Positions 29,151-43,870 of a stretch of DNA of 64,000 bases are shown piece after piece. Made by a program: the position numbers and the translations under genes. Positions within the stretch are counted from its first letter, which is position 1. The number at the start of each line of letters is the position of its first letter. This DNA is from the human T2T-CHM13v2.0 reference genome, Homo sapiens. The stretch lies in NCBI RefSeq assembly GCF_009914755.1, contig NC_060933.1. One strand, 5' to 3'. Below the pieces are notes generated by a model, which did no database searches, was not told the DNA's origin, and worked only from the letters and a program-made list of their open reading frames with translations.

Positions 29151-32090
29151 CCATTCCATTCCATTCCATTCCATTCCATTCCATTCCGTTCCATTCCATT
29201 CCATTACATTCGGATTGATTCTATTCAATTCCCTTACACTCCATTACATTCCATTCCATTCGGGTAGTTTCCATTCCATTCCATTCCATTCCTCTCCATT
29301 CCATTGCACTTGGGTTGATTCCATTCCATTGCATTCCATTCCATTCCATTCAATTCCATTCCGTTCCATTCCATTCCATTACATTCGGATTGATTCTATT
29401 CAACTCCCTTACTCTCAATTACATTGCATTCAATTCGGGTTGTTCCATTCAATTCCATTCCATTCCACTCCATTCCATTGCACTCGGGTTGATTCCATTC
29501 CATTCCATTCCATTCCGGAAGATTCCATTCCATTGCATTCCATTCCATTCCATTCCCCTGCACTCGCGTTGATTCCATTCCATTCCATTCTATTCCATTC
29601 CATTCCCTTCCTTTCCGTTCCATTCCATTCCATTCCATTCCATTCCATTCCATTCCATTCCGTTCCGTTCCATTCCATTCCATTCCATTCTATTCGGGTT
29701 AATTCCATTCCATTCCATTCAATTGCAATCGAGTTGATTCCATTCTATTCGATTCCATTCCATTCCATTCCATTCCTTTCCATTCCATTACGGATGATTC
29801 CATTCCATTGCATTCCATTCCATTCCATTCCCCTGTACTCGGGTTGATTCCATTCCATTGCATTCCAATCCATACCCTTCCACTCGTGTTGATTCCATTC
29901 TTTCCATTCCATTCAAGTTGAATCCATTCCATTGCATTCCATTCCATTCGATTCCATTCGATTGCACTCGGGTTGATTCCATTCCATTGCATTCCATTCC
30001 ATTCCATTCCATTGCATTCCATTCCATTCCGTTACATTCCATTCCATTACATTCGGATTGATTCTATTCAATTCCCTTACACTCGATTACATTCCATTCC
30101 ATTCGTGTAGTTTCCATTCCATTCCATTCCATTCCTCTCTATTCCATTGAAATCTGGTTGATTCCATTCCATTGCATTCCATTCCATTCCATTCAATTCC
30201 ATTCCGTTCCATTCCATTCCATTACATTCGGATTGATTCTATTCATCTCCCTTACTCTAAATTACATTCCATTCCATTCGGGTTGTTCCATTCCATTCCA
30301 TTCCATTCCACTCCATTCCATTGCACTCGGGTTTATTCCATTCCATTCCATTCCATTCCATTCCATTCCATTCCGGAAGATTCCATTCCATTGCATTCCA
30401 TTCCATTCCATTCCCCTGCACTCGCGTTGATTCCATTCCATTCCATTCCATTCCATTCCATTCCATTCCATTCCATTCCATTCCGTTCAATTCCATTCCA
30501 TTCCATTCCATTCCAATCCATTCCATTCCGTTCCGTTCCGTTCCATTCCATTCCATTCCATTCTATTCGGGTTAATTCCATTCCATTCCATTCGATTGCA
30601 ATCGAGTTGATTCCATTCCATTCCATTCCATTCCATTCCTTTCCATTCCATTACGGATGATTCCATTCCATTGCATTCCATTCCATTCCATTCCCCTGTA
30701 CTCGGGTTGATTCCATTCCTTTCCATTCCAATCCATGCCATTCCACTCGTGTTGATTCCATTCTTTCCATTCCATTCAAGTTGAATCCATTCCATTGCAT
30801 TCCATTCCTTTCCATTCCCCTGCAGTCGGGTTGTTTCCATTCCATTCCATTCCATTCCATTCCATTCCATTCCGTTCCTTTCCTTTCCATTCCATTCCAT
30901 TCCATTCTATTCGGGTTAATTCCATTCCATTCCATGCCATTCCATTCCATTCCAATCGAGTTGATTCCATTCCATTCCATTCCATTCCATTCCACTCCAT
31001 TCCAGTCCTTTCCATTCCATTCCTCTCGGGTTGATTCCAATGTATTCCTTTCCATTCCATTCCATTCCATTGCAATCGAGTTGATTCCATTGCTTTGCAT
31101 TCCATTCCATTCCATTCCATTCCGAATTATTCCATTCCATTGCATTCCATTCCATTCCATTCCGCTGCACTCGGGTTGATTCCATTCCATTCCACTCCAT
31201 TCCGTTCCATTCCATTCCATTGCATTGTATTCGGGTTAATTCCATTCCATTCCATTACATTCCATTCCATTCCGTTACAATCGAGTTGATTCCATTCCAT
31301 TCCATTCCATTCCATTCCTTTCCCTTCCATTCCACTCTGGTTGATTCCATTCCTTTCTATTCCACTCGAATACATTCCCTCCTATTCCACTCGGAACGAT
31401 TCCATTCCATTCCATTCCATTCCATTCCATTCCATTCCATTCCATTCCATTCCATTCCATTCCATTCCATTCCATTTCGTTCCATTCCATTCTATTCCGT
31501 ATCATTCCATTCCATTCCATTCCCTTCCATTCTATTCCATTCCATTCCATTCCATTGTACTCGGGTTGATTCAATTCCATTGCATTCCATTCCATTCCAT
31601 TCCATTCCATTCCGTTGCATTCCATTCCATTACATTCGGATTGATTCTATTCAACTCCCTTACTCTGCATTACATTCCATTCCATTAGGGTTGTTCCATT
31701 CCATTCCATTCCATTCCACTCCATTCCATTGCACTCGGGTTGATTCCATTCCATTCCATTCCATTCCATTATATTGCGGATGATTCCATTCCATTGCATT
31801 CCGTTCCATTACATTCCCCTGCACTCGCGTTGATTCCATTCCATTCCATTCCATTCCATTCAATTCCATTCCATTACAATTCGTTCCATTCCATTCTATT
31901 CCGTACCATTCCATTCCATTCAATACCATTCCATTCCATTCCATTCCATTCCGTTCCATTCCGTTCCATTCCATTCCATTCCATTCTATTCGAATTAATT
32001 CCATTCCATTCCATTCCATTCCATTCCATTCTATTCCATTCCATTGCAATCGATTTGAACCCATTGCATTTCATTCCATTCCATTCCATT
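27850..32090 (+). repeat. ~2.93 kb-offset duplication overlapping the second 2.65 kb copy (~27850-29150 repeated at ~30780-32090)
   Basis: ATATTGCGGA at 28841/31771, CAATACC at 28991/31921, CCGCTGCAC at 28217/31162, AATCGATTTGAACCC at 29113/32048. Confidence 0.85.
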
Positions 32091-32102
32091 CCATTCCATT
32101 CC

Positions 32103-32117
32103 ATTCCAGAAGATTCC
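32103..32117. promoter_or_regulatory. HSE motif variant aTTCc-aGAAg-aTTCc (CpG lost, element retained; motif match only)
   Basis: ATTCCAGAAGATTCC still matches nTTCnnGAAnnTTCn. Confidence 0.45.
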
Positions 32118-35100
32118 ATTCCATTGCATTCCATTCCATTCCATTCCCCTGCACTCGCGTTGATTCCATTCCATTCCATTCCATTCCATTCCATTCCGTT
32201 CCGTTCCATTCCATTCCATTCCATTCCATTCCATTCCGTTCCGCTCCATTCCATTCCATTCCATTCTATTCGAGTTAATTCCATTCCATTCCATTCGATT
32301 GCAATCGAGTTGATACCATTCCATTCCATTCCATTCCATTCCATTCCATTCCATTCCTTTCTTTCCATTACGGATGATTCCATTCCATTGCATTCCATTC
32401 CATTCCATTCCCCTGTACTCGGGTTGATTCCATTCCATTCCATTCCATTCCATTCCATTTCATTCCATTCCGGAAGATTCCATTAGATTGCATTCCATTC
32501 CATTCCATTCCCGTGCACTCGCGTTTATTCCATTCCATTCCATTCTAATCCATTCCATTCCCTTCCTTTCCATTCCATTCCATTCCATTCCATTCCATTC
32601 TATTCCGTTCCGTTCCATTCCATTCCATTCCATTCTATTCGGTTAATTCCATTCCATTCCATTCGATTGCAATCGAGTTGATTCCATTCCATTCCATTCC
32701 ATTCCATTCCATTCCATTCCATTCCTTTCCATTCCATTACGGATGATTCCATTCCATTGCATTCCATTCCATTCCTTTCCCCTCCACTCGGGTTGATTCC
32801 ATTCCATTCCACTCCATTCCGTTCCATGCCATTCCATTCCATTGTATTCGGGTTAATTCCATTCCATTACATTCCATTCCATTCCATTCCATTACAATCG
32901 AGTTGATTCCATTCCATTCCATTCCATTCCAGTCCTTTCCATTCCATTCCAGTCGGGTTGATTCCATTCTATTAGTTTCCATTCCATTCCATTCCCTTCC
33001 ATTCCACTCTGGTTGATTCCATTCCTTTCCATTCCACTCGAAAACATTCCCTCCTATTCCACTCGCAACGATTCCATTCCATTCCATTCCATTCCATTCC
33101 ATTCCATTTCGTTCCATTCCATTCTATTCCGTATCATTCCATTCCATTCCATTCCATTCCATTAAATTCCATTCCATTCCATTCCATTCCATTCCATTCC
33201 ATTCCGTTGCATTCCATTACATTCGGATTGATTCTTTTCAACTCCCTTACTCTCCATTACATTCCATTCCAGTCGGGTTGTTCCATTCCATTCCATTCCA
33301 TTCCACTCCATTCCATTGCACTCGGGTTGATTCCATTCCATTCCATTCCATTCCATTCCGGATGATTCCATTCCATTGCATTCCATTCTATTACATTCCC
33401 CTGCACTCGGGTTGATTCCATTCCATTCCTTTCCATTCCATTCGATTCCATTCCATTCCCCTGCACTCGCGTTGATTCCATTCCATTCCATTCCATTCCA
33501 TTCCATTCCATTCCTTTCCGTTCCATTCCATTCCATTCCATTCCATTCCGTTCCGTTCCATTCCATTCCATTCCATTCTATTCGGGTTAATTCCATTACA
33601 TTCCATTCGATTGCAATCGAGTTGATTCCATTCCATTCCATTCCATTCCATTCCATTCCATTCCAGTCCTTTCCATTCCTTTCCATTCCATTACTGATGA
33701 TTCCATTCCAATGCATTCCATTCCATTCCATTCCCCTGTACTCGGGTTGATTCCATTCCATTCCATTCCAATCCATGCCATTCCACTCGTGTTGATTCCA
33801 TTCTTTCCTTTCCATTCAAGTTGAATCCATTCCATTGCATTCCATTCCATTCGATTCCATTCGATTGCACTCGGGTTGATTCCATTCAATTCCATTACAT
33901 TCCATTCCGTTCCATTCCATTCCGTTCCATTCCATTTCATTACATTCAGATTGATGCTATTCACTTCCCTTACACTCCATTATATTCCAATCCATTCTGG
34001 TTGTTTCCATTCCATTCCATTCCATTTCACTCCATTCCATTGCACTCGGGTTGATTCCATTCCATTCCATTCCACTGCATTCCATTCCATTCCATTCCGG
34101 ATGATTCCATTCCATTACATTCCATTCCATTCCATTCCCCTGCACTCGGGTTGATTCCATTCCATTCCATTCCATTACATTCCGTTCCATTCCATTCCAT
34201 TCCATTCGCATTGATTCTATTCAATTCCCTTACACTCCATTACATTCCATTCCATTCGGGTAGTTTCCATTCCATTCCATTCCATTCCTCTCCATTCCAT
34301 TGCACTCGGGTTGATTCCTTTCCATTCCATTCCATTCCATTCCATTCCATTCCATTCCATTACATTACATTCCGTTCCATTGTACTCGGGTTGATTCCAT
34401 TCCATTGCATTCCATTCCATTCCATTCCATTCCATTCCATTCCATTCCGTTCCATTCCATTACATTCGAATTGATTCTATTCAACTCCCTTACTCTCCAT
34501 TCCATTCCATTCCATTCGGGTTGTTCCATTCTATTCCATTCCATTCCACTCCATTCCATTGCACTCGTGTTGATTCCATTCCATTCCATTCCATTCCATT
34601 CCATTCCATTCCATTCCGGATGATTCCATTCCATTGCATTCCGTTCCATTACATTCCCTTGCACTCGGGTTGATTCCATTCCATTCCATTCCATTCCATT
34701 CGATTCCATTCCATTCCAAATCTTTCCATTCCATTCTATTCCGTACCATGCCATTCCATTCCATACAATTCCATTCCATTCCATTCCACTCCGTTCCGTT
34801 CCGTTCCGTTCCGTTCCGTTCCATTCCATTCCATTCCATTCTATTTGGGTTAATTCCATTCCATTCCATTCGATTGCAATCGAGTTGATTCCATTCCATT
34901 CCATTCCATTCCATTCCATTCCATTCCATTCCATTCCTTTCCATTCCATTACGGATGATTCCATTCCATTGCATTCCATTCCATTCCATTCCATTCCATT
35001 CCTTTCCATTCCATTACGGATGATTCCATTCCATTGCATTCCATTCCATTCCATTCCCCTGTACTCGGGTTGATTCCATTCCATTCCATTCCAATCCATG

Positions 35101-38100
35101 CCATTCCACTCGTGTTGATTCCATTTTTTCCATTCCATTCAAGTTGAATCCATTCCATTGCATTCCATTCCATTCCCCTGTAGACGGGTTGATTCCATTC
35201 CATTCCATTCCATTCCATTCCATTCCATTCCATTCCGTTCCATTCCATTCCATTCCATTCCATTCTATTCGGGTTAATTCCATTCCATTCCATTCCATTC
35301 CATTCCATTCCCCTCCACTCGGGTTGATTCCATTCCATTCCACTCCATTCCGTTCCATTCCATTCCATTCCATTGTATTCGGGTTAATTCCATTCCATTC
35401 CATTCCATTCCTTTCCATTCCATTCCATTACCATCGAGTTGATTCCATTCCATTCCATTCCATTCCAGTCCTTTCCATTCCATTCCAGTCGGGTTGATTC
35501 CATTCTATTAGTTTCCATTCCATTCCATTCCCTTCCATTCCACTCTGGTTGATTCCATTCCTTTCCATTCCACTCGAAAACATTCCCTCCTATTCCACTC
35601 GGAACGATTCCATTCCATTCCATTCCATTCCATTCCATTCCATTCCATTCCATTCCATTCCATTAAATTCCATTCCATTCCATTGTACTCGGGTTGATTC
35701 CATTCCATTGCATTCCATTCCATTCCATTCCATTCCATTCCGTTGCATTCCATTCCATTACATTCGGATTGATTCTATTCAACTCCCTTACTCTCCATTA
35801 CATTCCATTCCATTCGGGTTGTTCCATTCCATTCCATTCCATTCCACTCCATTCCATTGCACTCGGGTTGATTCCATTCCATTCCATTCCATTCCATTCC
35901 ATTCCATTCCGGATGATTCCATTCCATTGCATTCCTTTCCATTACATTCCCCTGCACTCGCGTTGATTCCATTCCATTCCATTCCATTCCATTCAATTCC
36001 ATTGCATTACAATTCGTTCCATTCCATTCTATTCCGTACCATTCCATTCCATTCCATACCATTCCATTCCATTCCATTCCATTCCATTCCGTTCCATTCC
36101 GTTCCATTCCATTCCATTCCATTCTGTTCGGATTAATTCCATTCCATTCCATTCCATTCCATTCTATTCCATTCCATTGCAATCGAGTTGAATCCATTGC
36201 ATTTCATTCCATTCCATTCCATTCCATTCCATTCCGGAAGATTCCATTCCATTGCATTCCATTCCATTCCATTCCCCTGCACTCGCGTTGATTCCATTCC
36301 ATTCCATTCCATTCCATTCCATTCCGTTCCATTCCATTCTATTCCATTCCATTCCATTCCGTTCCGTTCCATTCCATTCCATTCCATTCTATTCGGGTTA
36401 ATTCCAATCCATTCCATTCGATTGCAATCGAGTTGATTCCATTCCATTCCATTCCATTCCATTCCATTCCTTTCCATTCCATTACGGATGATTCCATTCC
36501 ATTGCATTCCATTCCATTCCATTCCCCTGTACTCGGGTTGATTCCATTCCATTCCATTCCAATCCATGCCATTCCACTCGTGTTGATTCCATTCTTTCCA
36601 TTCCATTCAAGTTGAATCCATTCCATTGCATTCCATTCCATTCGATTCCATTCGATTGCACTCGGGTTGATTCCATTCCATTCCATTCCATTCCATTCCA
36701 TTCCGTTCCATTCCGTTCCATTACATTCGGATTGATTCTATTCAATTCCCTTACACTCCATTACATTCCATTCCATTCGGGTAGTTTCCATTCCATTCCA
36801 TTCCATTCCTTTCCTTTCCATTGCACTCGGGTTGATTCCAATCCATTCCATTCCATTCCATTCCATTCCATTCCATTCAATTCCGTTCCATTCCATTACA
36901 TTCGGATTGATTCTATTCAACTCCCTTACTCTCCATTACATTCCATTCCATTCGGGTTGTTCCATTCCATTCCATTCCATTCCACTCCATTCCATTGCAC
37001 TCGGGTTGATTCCATTCCATTCCATTCCATTCCATTCCATTCCATTCCGGAAGATTCGATTCCATTGCATTCCATTCCATTCCATTCCCCTGCACTCGCG
37101 TTGATTCCATTCCATTCCATTCTATTCCATTCCATTCCCTTCCTTTCCGTTCCATTCCATTCCATTCCATTCCATTCCATTCCATTCCGTTCCATTCCAT
37201 TCCATTCCATTCTATTCGGTTAATTCCATTCCATTCCATTCGATTGCAATCTAGTTGATTCCATTCCATTCCATTCCATTCCTTTCCATTCCATTCCTTT
37301 CCATTCCATTACGGATGATTCCATTCCATTGCATTCCATTCCATTCCATTCCCCTGTACTCGGGTTGATTCCATTCCATTCCATTCCAATCCATGCCATT
37401 CCACTCGTGTTGATTCCATTCTTTCCATTCCATTCAAGTTGAATCCATTCCATTGCATTCCATTCCATTCGATTCCATTCGATTGCACTCGGGTTGATTC
37501 CATTCCATTCCATTCCATTCCATTGTACTCGGGTTGATTCCATTCCATTCCATTCCATTCCATTCCATTCCATTCCATTCCATTCCGGATGATTCCATTC
37601 CATTGCATTCCGTTCAATTACATTCCCCTGCACTCGGGTTGATTCCATTCCATTCCATTCGATTCCATTCCATTCCAATTCTTTCCATTCCATTGTATTC
37701 CGTACCATACCATTCCAATCCATACAATTCCATTCCTTTCCATTCCACTCCGTTCCGTTCCGTTCCGTTCCATTCCATTCCATTCCATTCTATTCGGTTT
37801 AATTCCATTCCATTCCATTGCATTCCATTCTATTCCATTCCAATGCAATCGAGTTGAATCCATTGCATTCCATTCCATTCCATTCCATTCCATTCCATTC
37901 CATTCCATTCCGGAAGATTCCATTCCATTGCATTCCATTCCATTCCATTCCATTCCATTCCATTCCATTGTACTCGGGTTGATTCCATTCCATTGCTTTC
38001 CATTCCATTCCATTCCATTCCATTCCATTCCATTCCATTCCGTTCCATTCCATTCCATTACATTCGGATTGATTCTTTTCAACTCCCTTACTCTCCATTA

Positions 38101-41100
38101 CATTCCATTCCATTCGGGTTGTTCCATTCCATTCCATTCCATTCCACTCCATTCCATTGCACTCGGGTTGATTCCATTCCATTGCATTCCATTCCATTAC
38201 GGATGATTCCATTCCATTGCATTCCGTTCCATTACATTCCCCTGCACTCGGGTTGATTCCATTCCATTCCATTCCATTCCATTCCATTCCATTCCATTCG
38301 ATTCCATTCCATTCCCCTGCATTCGCGTTGATTCCATTCCATTCCATTCCATTCCATTCCATTCCATTCCATTCCTTTCCATTCCAGTCCTTTCCATTCC
38401 ATTCCACTCGGGTTGATTCCATTCTATTAGTTTCCATTCCATTCCATTCCCTTCCATTCTACTCTGTTTGATTCCATTCCTTTCCATTCCACTCGAATAC
38501 ATTCCCTGCTATTCCACTCGGAACGATTCCATTCCATTCCATTCCATTCTATTCCATTCCATTCCATTCCATTCCATTCCATTTCGTTCCATTCCATTCT
38601 ATTCCGTATCATTCCATTCCATTGCATGCCATTCCATTCCATTCCATTCCATTCCATTCCACTCGTGTTGATTCCATTCCTTTCCATTCCATTCGGTTTG
38701 AAGGTATTCCAATCCATTCCATTCCATTCCATTCCATTCCATTCCATTCCATTCCATTGTACTCGGGTTGATTCCATTCCATTGCATTCCATTCCATTCC
38801 ATTCCATTCCATTCCGTTCCATTCCATTACATTCGGATTGATTCTATTCAACTCCCTTACTCTCCATTACATTCCATTCCATTCGGGTTGTTCCATTCCA
38901 TTCCATTCCGTTCCACTCCATTCCATTGCACTCGGGTTGATTCCATTCCATTCCATTCCATTTCATTCCATTCCATTCCATTCCATTTCATTCCATTCCA
39001 TTCCATTCCATTCCGGATGATTCCATTCCATTGCATTCCGTTCCATTACATTCCCCTGCACTCGGGTTGATTCCATTCCATTCCATTCCATTCCATTCCA
39101 TTCCATTCCATTCCAATTCTTTCCATTCCATTCTATTCCGTACCATGCCATTCCATTCCATACAATTCCATTCCATTCCATTCCACTCCGTTCCGTTCCA
39201 TTCCGTTCCGTTCCGTTCCGTTCCATTCCATTCCATTCCATTCTATTCGGTTTAATTCCATTCCATTCCATTCCATTCCATTCTATTCCATTCCATTGCA
39301 ATCGAGTTGAATCCATTGCATTCCATTCCATTCCATTCCATTCCATTGCGGAAGATTCCATTCCATTGCATTAAATTCCATTCCATTCCATTCCATTCCA
39401 TTCCATTCCATTCCATTCCATTGTACTCGGGTTGATTCCATTCCATTGCATTCCATTCCATTCCATTCCATTCCATTCCGTTCCATTCCATTCCATTACA
39501 TTCGGATTGATTCTTTTCAACTCCCTTACTCTCCATTACATTCCATTCCATTCGGGTTGTTCCATTCCATTCCATTCCATTCCACTCCATTCCATTGCAC
39601 TCGGGTTGATTCCATTCCATTCTATTCCGGATGATTCCATTCCATTGCATTCCCTTCCATTACATTCTCCTGCACTGGGGTTGATTCCATTCCATTCCAT
39701 TCCATTCCATTCAATTCCATTCTATTCCGTTCCGTTTCGTTCCATTCCATTCCATTCCATTCTATTCGGGTTAATTCCATTCCATTCCATTCGATTGCCA
39801 TTGAGTTGATTCCATTCCATTCCATTGCATTCCATTCCATTCCATTCCATTCCATTCCTTTCCATTCCATTACGGATGATTCCATTCCATTGCATTCCAA
39901 TCCATTCCATTCCCCTGTACTCGGGTTGATTCCATTCCATTTCATTCCAATCCATGCCATTCCACTCGTGTTGATTCCATTCTTTACATTCCATTCAAGT
40001 TGAATCCATTCCATTGCATTCCATTCCATTCCATTCCCCTGCAGTCGGGTTGATTCCATTCCATTCCATTCCATTCCAATCCGTTCCGTTCCGTTCCATT
40101 CCATTCCATTCCTTTCTATTCGGGTTAATTCCATTCCATTCCATTCCATTCCATTCCATTCCATTCCAATCAAGTTGATTCCATTCCATTCCATTCCATT
40201 CCATTCCATTCCATTCCACTGCATTCCAGTCCTTTCCATTCCATTCCACTCGGGTTGATTCCAATGTATTCCTTTCCATTCCATTCCATTCCATTGCAAT
40301 CGAGTTGATTCCATTGCTTTGCATTCCATTCCATTCCATTCCATTCCGGATGATTCCATTCCATTGCATTCCATTCCATTCCATTCCCCTGCATTCGGGT
40401 TGATTCCATTCCATTCCACTCCATTCCGTTCCATTCCATTCCATTCCATTGTATTCGGGTTAATTCCATTCCATTCCATTCCATTCCATTCCATTACAAT
40501 CGAGTTGATTCCATTCCATTCCATTCCATTCCAGTCCTTTCCATTCCATTCCTCTCTGGTTGATTCCATTCTATTAGATTCCATTCCATTCCATTCCCTT
40601 CCATTCCACTCTGGTTGATTCCATTCCTTTCCATTCCACTCGAATACATTCCCTCCTATTCCACTCGGAACGATTCCATTCCATTCCATTCCATTCCATT
40701 CCATTCCATTCCATTCCATTCCATTCCATTTCGTTCCATTCCTTTCTATTCCGTATCATTCCATTCCATTCCATTCCATTCCATTCCATTCCATTCCATT
40801 GTACTCGGGTTGATTCCATTCCATTGCATTCCATTCCATTCCATTCCTTTCCATTCGGATTGATTCTATTCAACTCCCTTACTCTCCATTACATTGCATT
40901 CCATTCGGGTTGTTCCATTCCATTCCATTCCATTCCACTCCATTCCATTGCACTCGGGTTGATTCCATTCCATTCAATTCCATTCCATTCCATTCCGGAT
41001 GATTCCATTCCATTGCATTCCTTTCCATTACATTCCCCTGCACTCGCGTTGATTCCATTCCATTCCATTCAATTGCATTCCATTACAATTCGTTCCATTC

Positions 41101-43825
41101 CATTCTATTCCGTACCATTCCATTCCATTCCATACCATTCCATTCCATTCCATTCCATTCCATTCTTTTCCATTCCGTTCCATTCCATTCCATTCCATTC
41201 TATTCAGATTAATTCCATTCCATTCCATTCCATTCCATTCTATTCCATTCCATTGCAATCGAGTTGAATCCATTGCATTTCATTCCATTCCATTCCATTC
41301 CATTCCATTCCGGAAGATTCCATTCCATTGCATTCCATTCCATTCCATTCCCCTGCACTCGCGTTGATTCCATTCCATTCCATTCCATTCCATTCCGTTC
41401 CGTTCCATTCCATTCCATTCCATTCCATTCCATTCCGTTCCGTTCCATTCCATTCCATTAAATTCTATTCGGGTTAATTCCATTCCATTCCATTCGATTG
41501 CAATCCAGTTGATTCCATTCCATTCCATTCCATTCCATTCCATTCCATTCCTTTCCATTCCATTACGGATGATTCCATTCCATTGCATTCCATTCCATTC
41601 CATTCCCCTGTACTCGGGTTGATTCCATTCCATTCCATTCCAATCCATGCCATTCCACTCGTGTTGATTCCATTCTTTCCATTCCATTCAAGTTGAATCC
41701 ATTCCGTTGCATTCCATTCCATTCCATTCCCCTGCAGTCGGGTTGATTCCATTCCATTCCATTCCATTCCATTCCATTCCATTAAGTTCCGTTCCATTCC
41801 ATTCCATTCCTTTCTATTCGGGTTAATTCCATTCCATTCCATTCCATTCCATTTCATTCCATTCCAATCAATTTGATTCCATTCCATTGCATTCCATTCA
41901 ATTCCATTCCATTCCATTCCACTCCATTCCAGTCCTTTCCATTCCATTCCACTCGGGTTTATTCCAATTTATTCCTTTCCATTCCATTCCTTTCCATTGC
42001 AATCGAGTTGATTCCATTGCTTTGCATTCCATTCCATTCCATTCCATTCCGGATGATTCCATTCCATTGCATTCCATTCCATTCCATTCCCCTGCACTCG
42101 GGTTGATTCCATTCCATTCCACTCCATTCCGTTCCATTCCATTCCATTCCATTGTATTCGTGTTAATTCCATTCCATTCCATTCCATTCCATTCCATTCC
42201 ATTACAATCGAGTTGAATCCATTCCATTCCATTGCATTCCAGTCCTTTCCATTCCATTCCACTCGGGTTGATTCCATTCTATTAGTTTCCATTCCATTCC
42301 ATTCCCTTCCATTCCACTCTGGTTGATTCCATTCCTTTAAATTCCACTCGAATACGTTCCCTCCTATTCCACTCGGAACGATTCCATTCCATTCCATTCC
42401 ATTCCATTCCATTCCATTCCATTCCATTCCATTTCGTTCCATTCCATTCTATTCCGTATCATTCCATTCCATTCCATTGCATTCCATTCCATTCCATTCC
42501 ATTCCATTCCGTTGCATTCCATTCCATTACATTCGGATTGATTCTATTCAACTCCCTTACTCTCCATTACATTCCATTCCATTCGGGTTGTTCCATTCCA
42601 TTCCACTCCATTCCATTGCACTCGGGTTGATTCCATTCCATTCCATTCCATTTCGGATGATTCCATTCCATTGCATTCCGTTCCATTACATTCCCCTGCA
42701 CTCGCGTTGATTCCATTCCATTCCATTCCATTCCATTCAATTCCATTCCATTACAATTCGTTCCATTCCATTCTATTCCGTACCATTCCATTCCATTCCA
42801 TACCATTCCATTCCATTCCATTCCATTCCATTCCGTTCCATTCCGTTCCATTCCATTCCATTCCATTCTATTCGGATTAATTCCATTCCATTCCATTCCA
42901 TTACATTCTATTCCATTCCATTGCAATCGAGTTGAATCCATTGCATTTCATTCCATTCCATTCCATTCCATTCCATTCCATTCCGGAAGATTCCATTCCA
43001 TTGCATTCCTTTCCATTCCATTCCCCTGCACTCGCGTTGATTCCATTCCATACCATTCCATTCCATTCCGTTCCGTTCCATTCCATTCCATTCCATTCCA
43101 TTCCATTCCGTTCCCTTCCATTCTATTCCATTCCATTCCATTCGGGTTAATTCCATTCCATTCCATTCGATTGCAATCCAGTTGATTCCGTTCCATTCCA
43201 TTCCATTGCATTCCATTCCATTCCTTTCCATTCCATTACGGATGATTCCATTCCATTGCATTCCATTCCATTCCATTCCCCTGTACTCGGGTTGATTCCA
43301 TTCCATTCCATTCCAATCCATGCCATTCCACTCGTGTTGATTCCATTCTTTCCATTCCATTCAAGTTGAATCCATTGCATTGCATTCCATTCAATTCGAT
43401 TCCATTCGATTGCACTCGGGTTTATTCCATTCCATTGCATTCCATTCCATTCCATTCCATTCCATTCCATTCCATTCCATTCCATTCCATTACATTCGGA
43501 TTGATTCTATTCAACTCCCTTACTCTCCATTACATTCCATTCCATTCGGGTTGTTCCATTCCATTCCATTCCGTTCCACTCCATTCCATTGCACTCGGGT
43601 TGATTCCATTCCATTCCATTCCATTTCATTCCATTCCATTCCACTCCATTCCGGATGATTCCATTCCATTGCATTCCGTTCCATTACATTCCCCTGCACT
43701 CGGGTTGTTTCCATTCCATTCCATTCCATTCCATTCGATTCCATTCCATTCCAATTCTTTCCATTCCATTCTATTCCGTACCATGCCATTGCATTCCATA
43801 CAATTCCATTCCATTCCATTCCACA

Positions 43826-43870
43826 CCGTTCCGTTCCGTTCCGTTCCGTTCCGTTCCGTTCCGTTCCGTT
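43826..43870 (+). repeat. (CCGTT)9 variant-pentamer run inside the array
   Basis: Nine consecutive CCGTT units read directly. Shorter runs at the homologous module position near 15471, 17293, 21861, 34791, 52405 and 60621. Confidence 0.9.
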
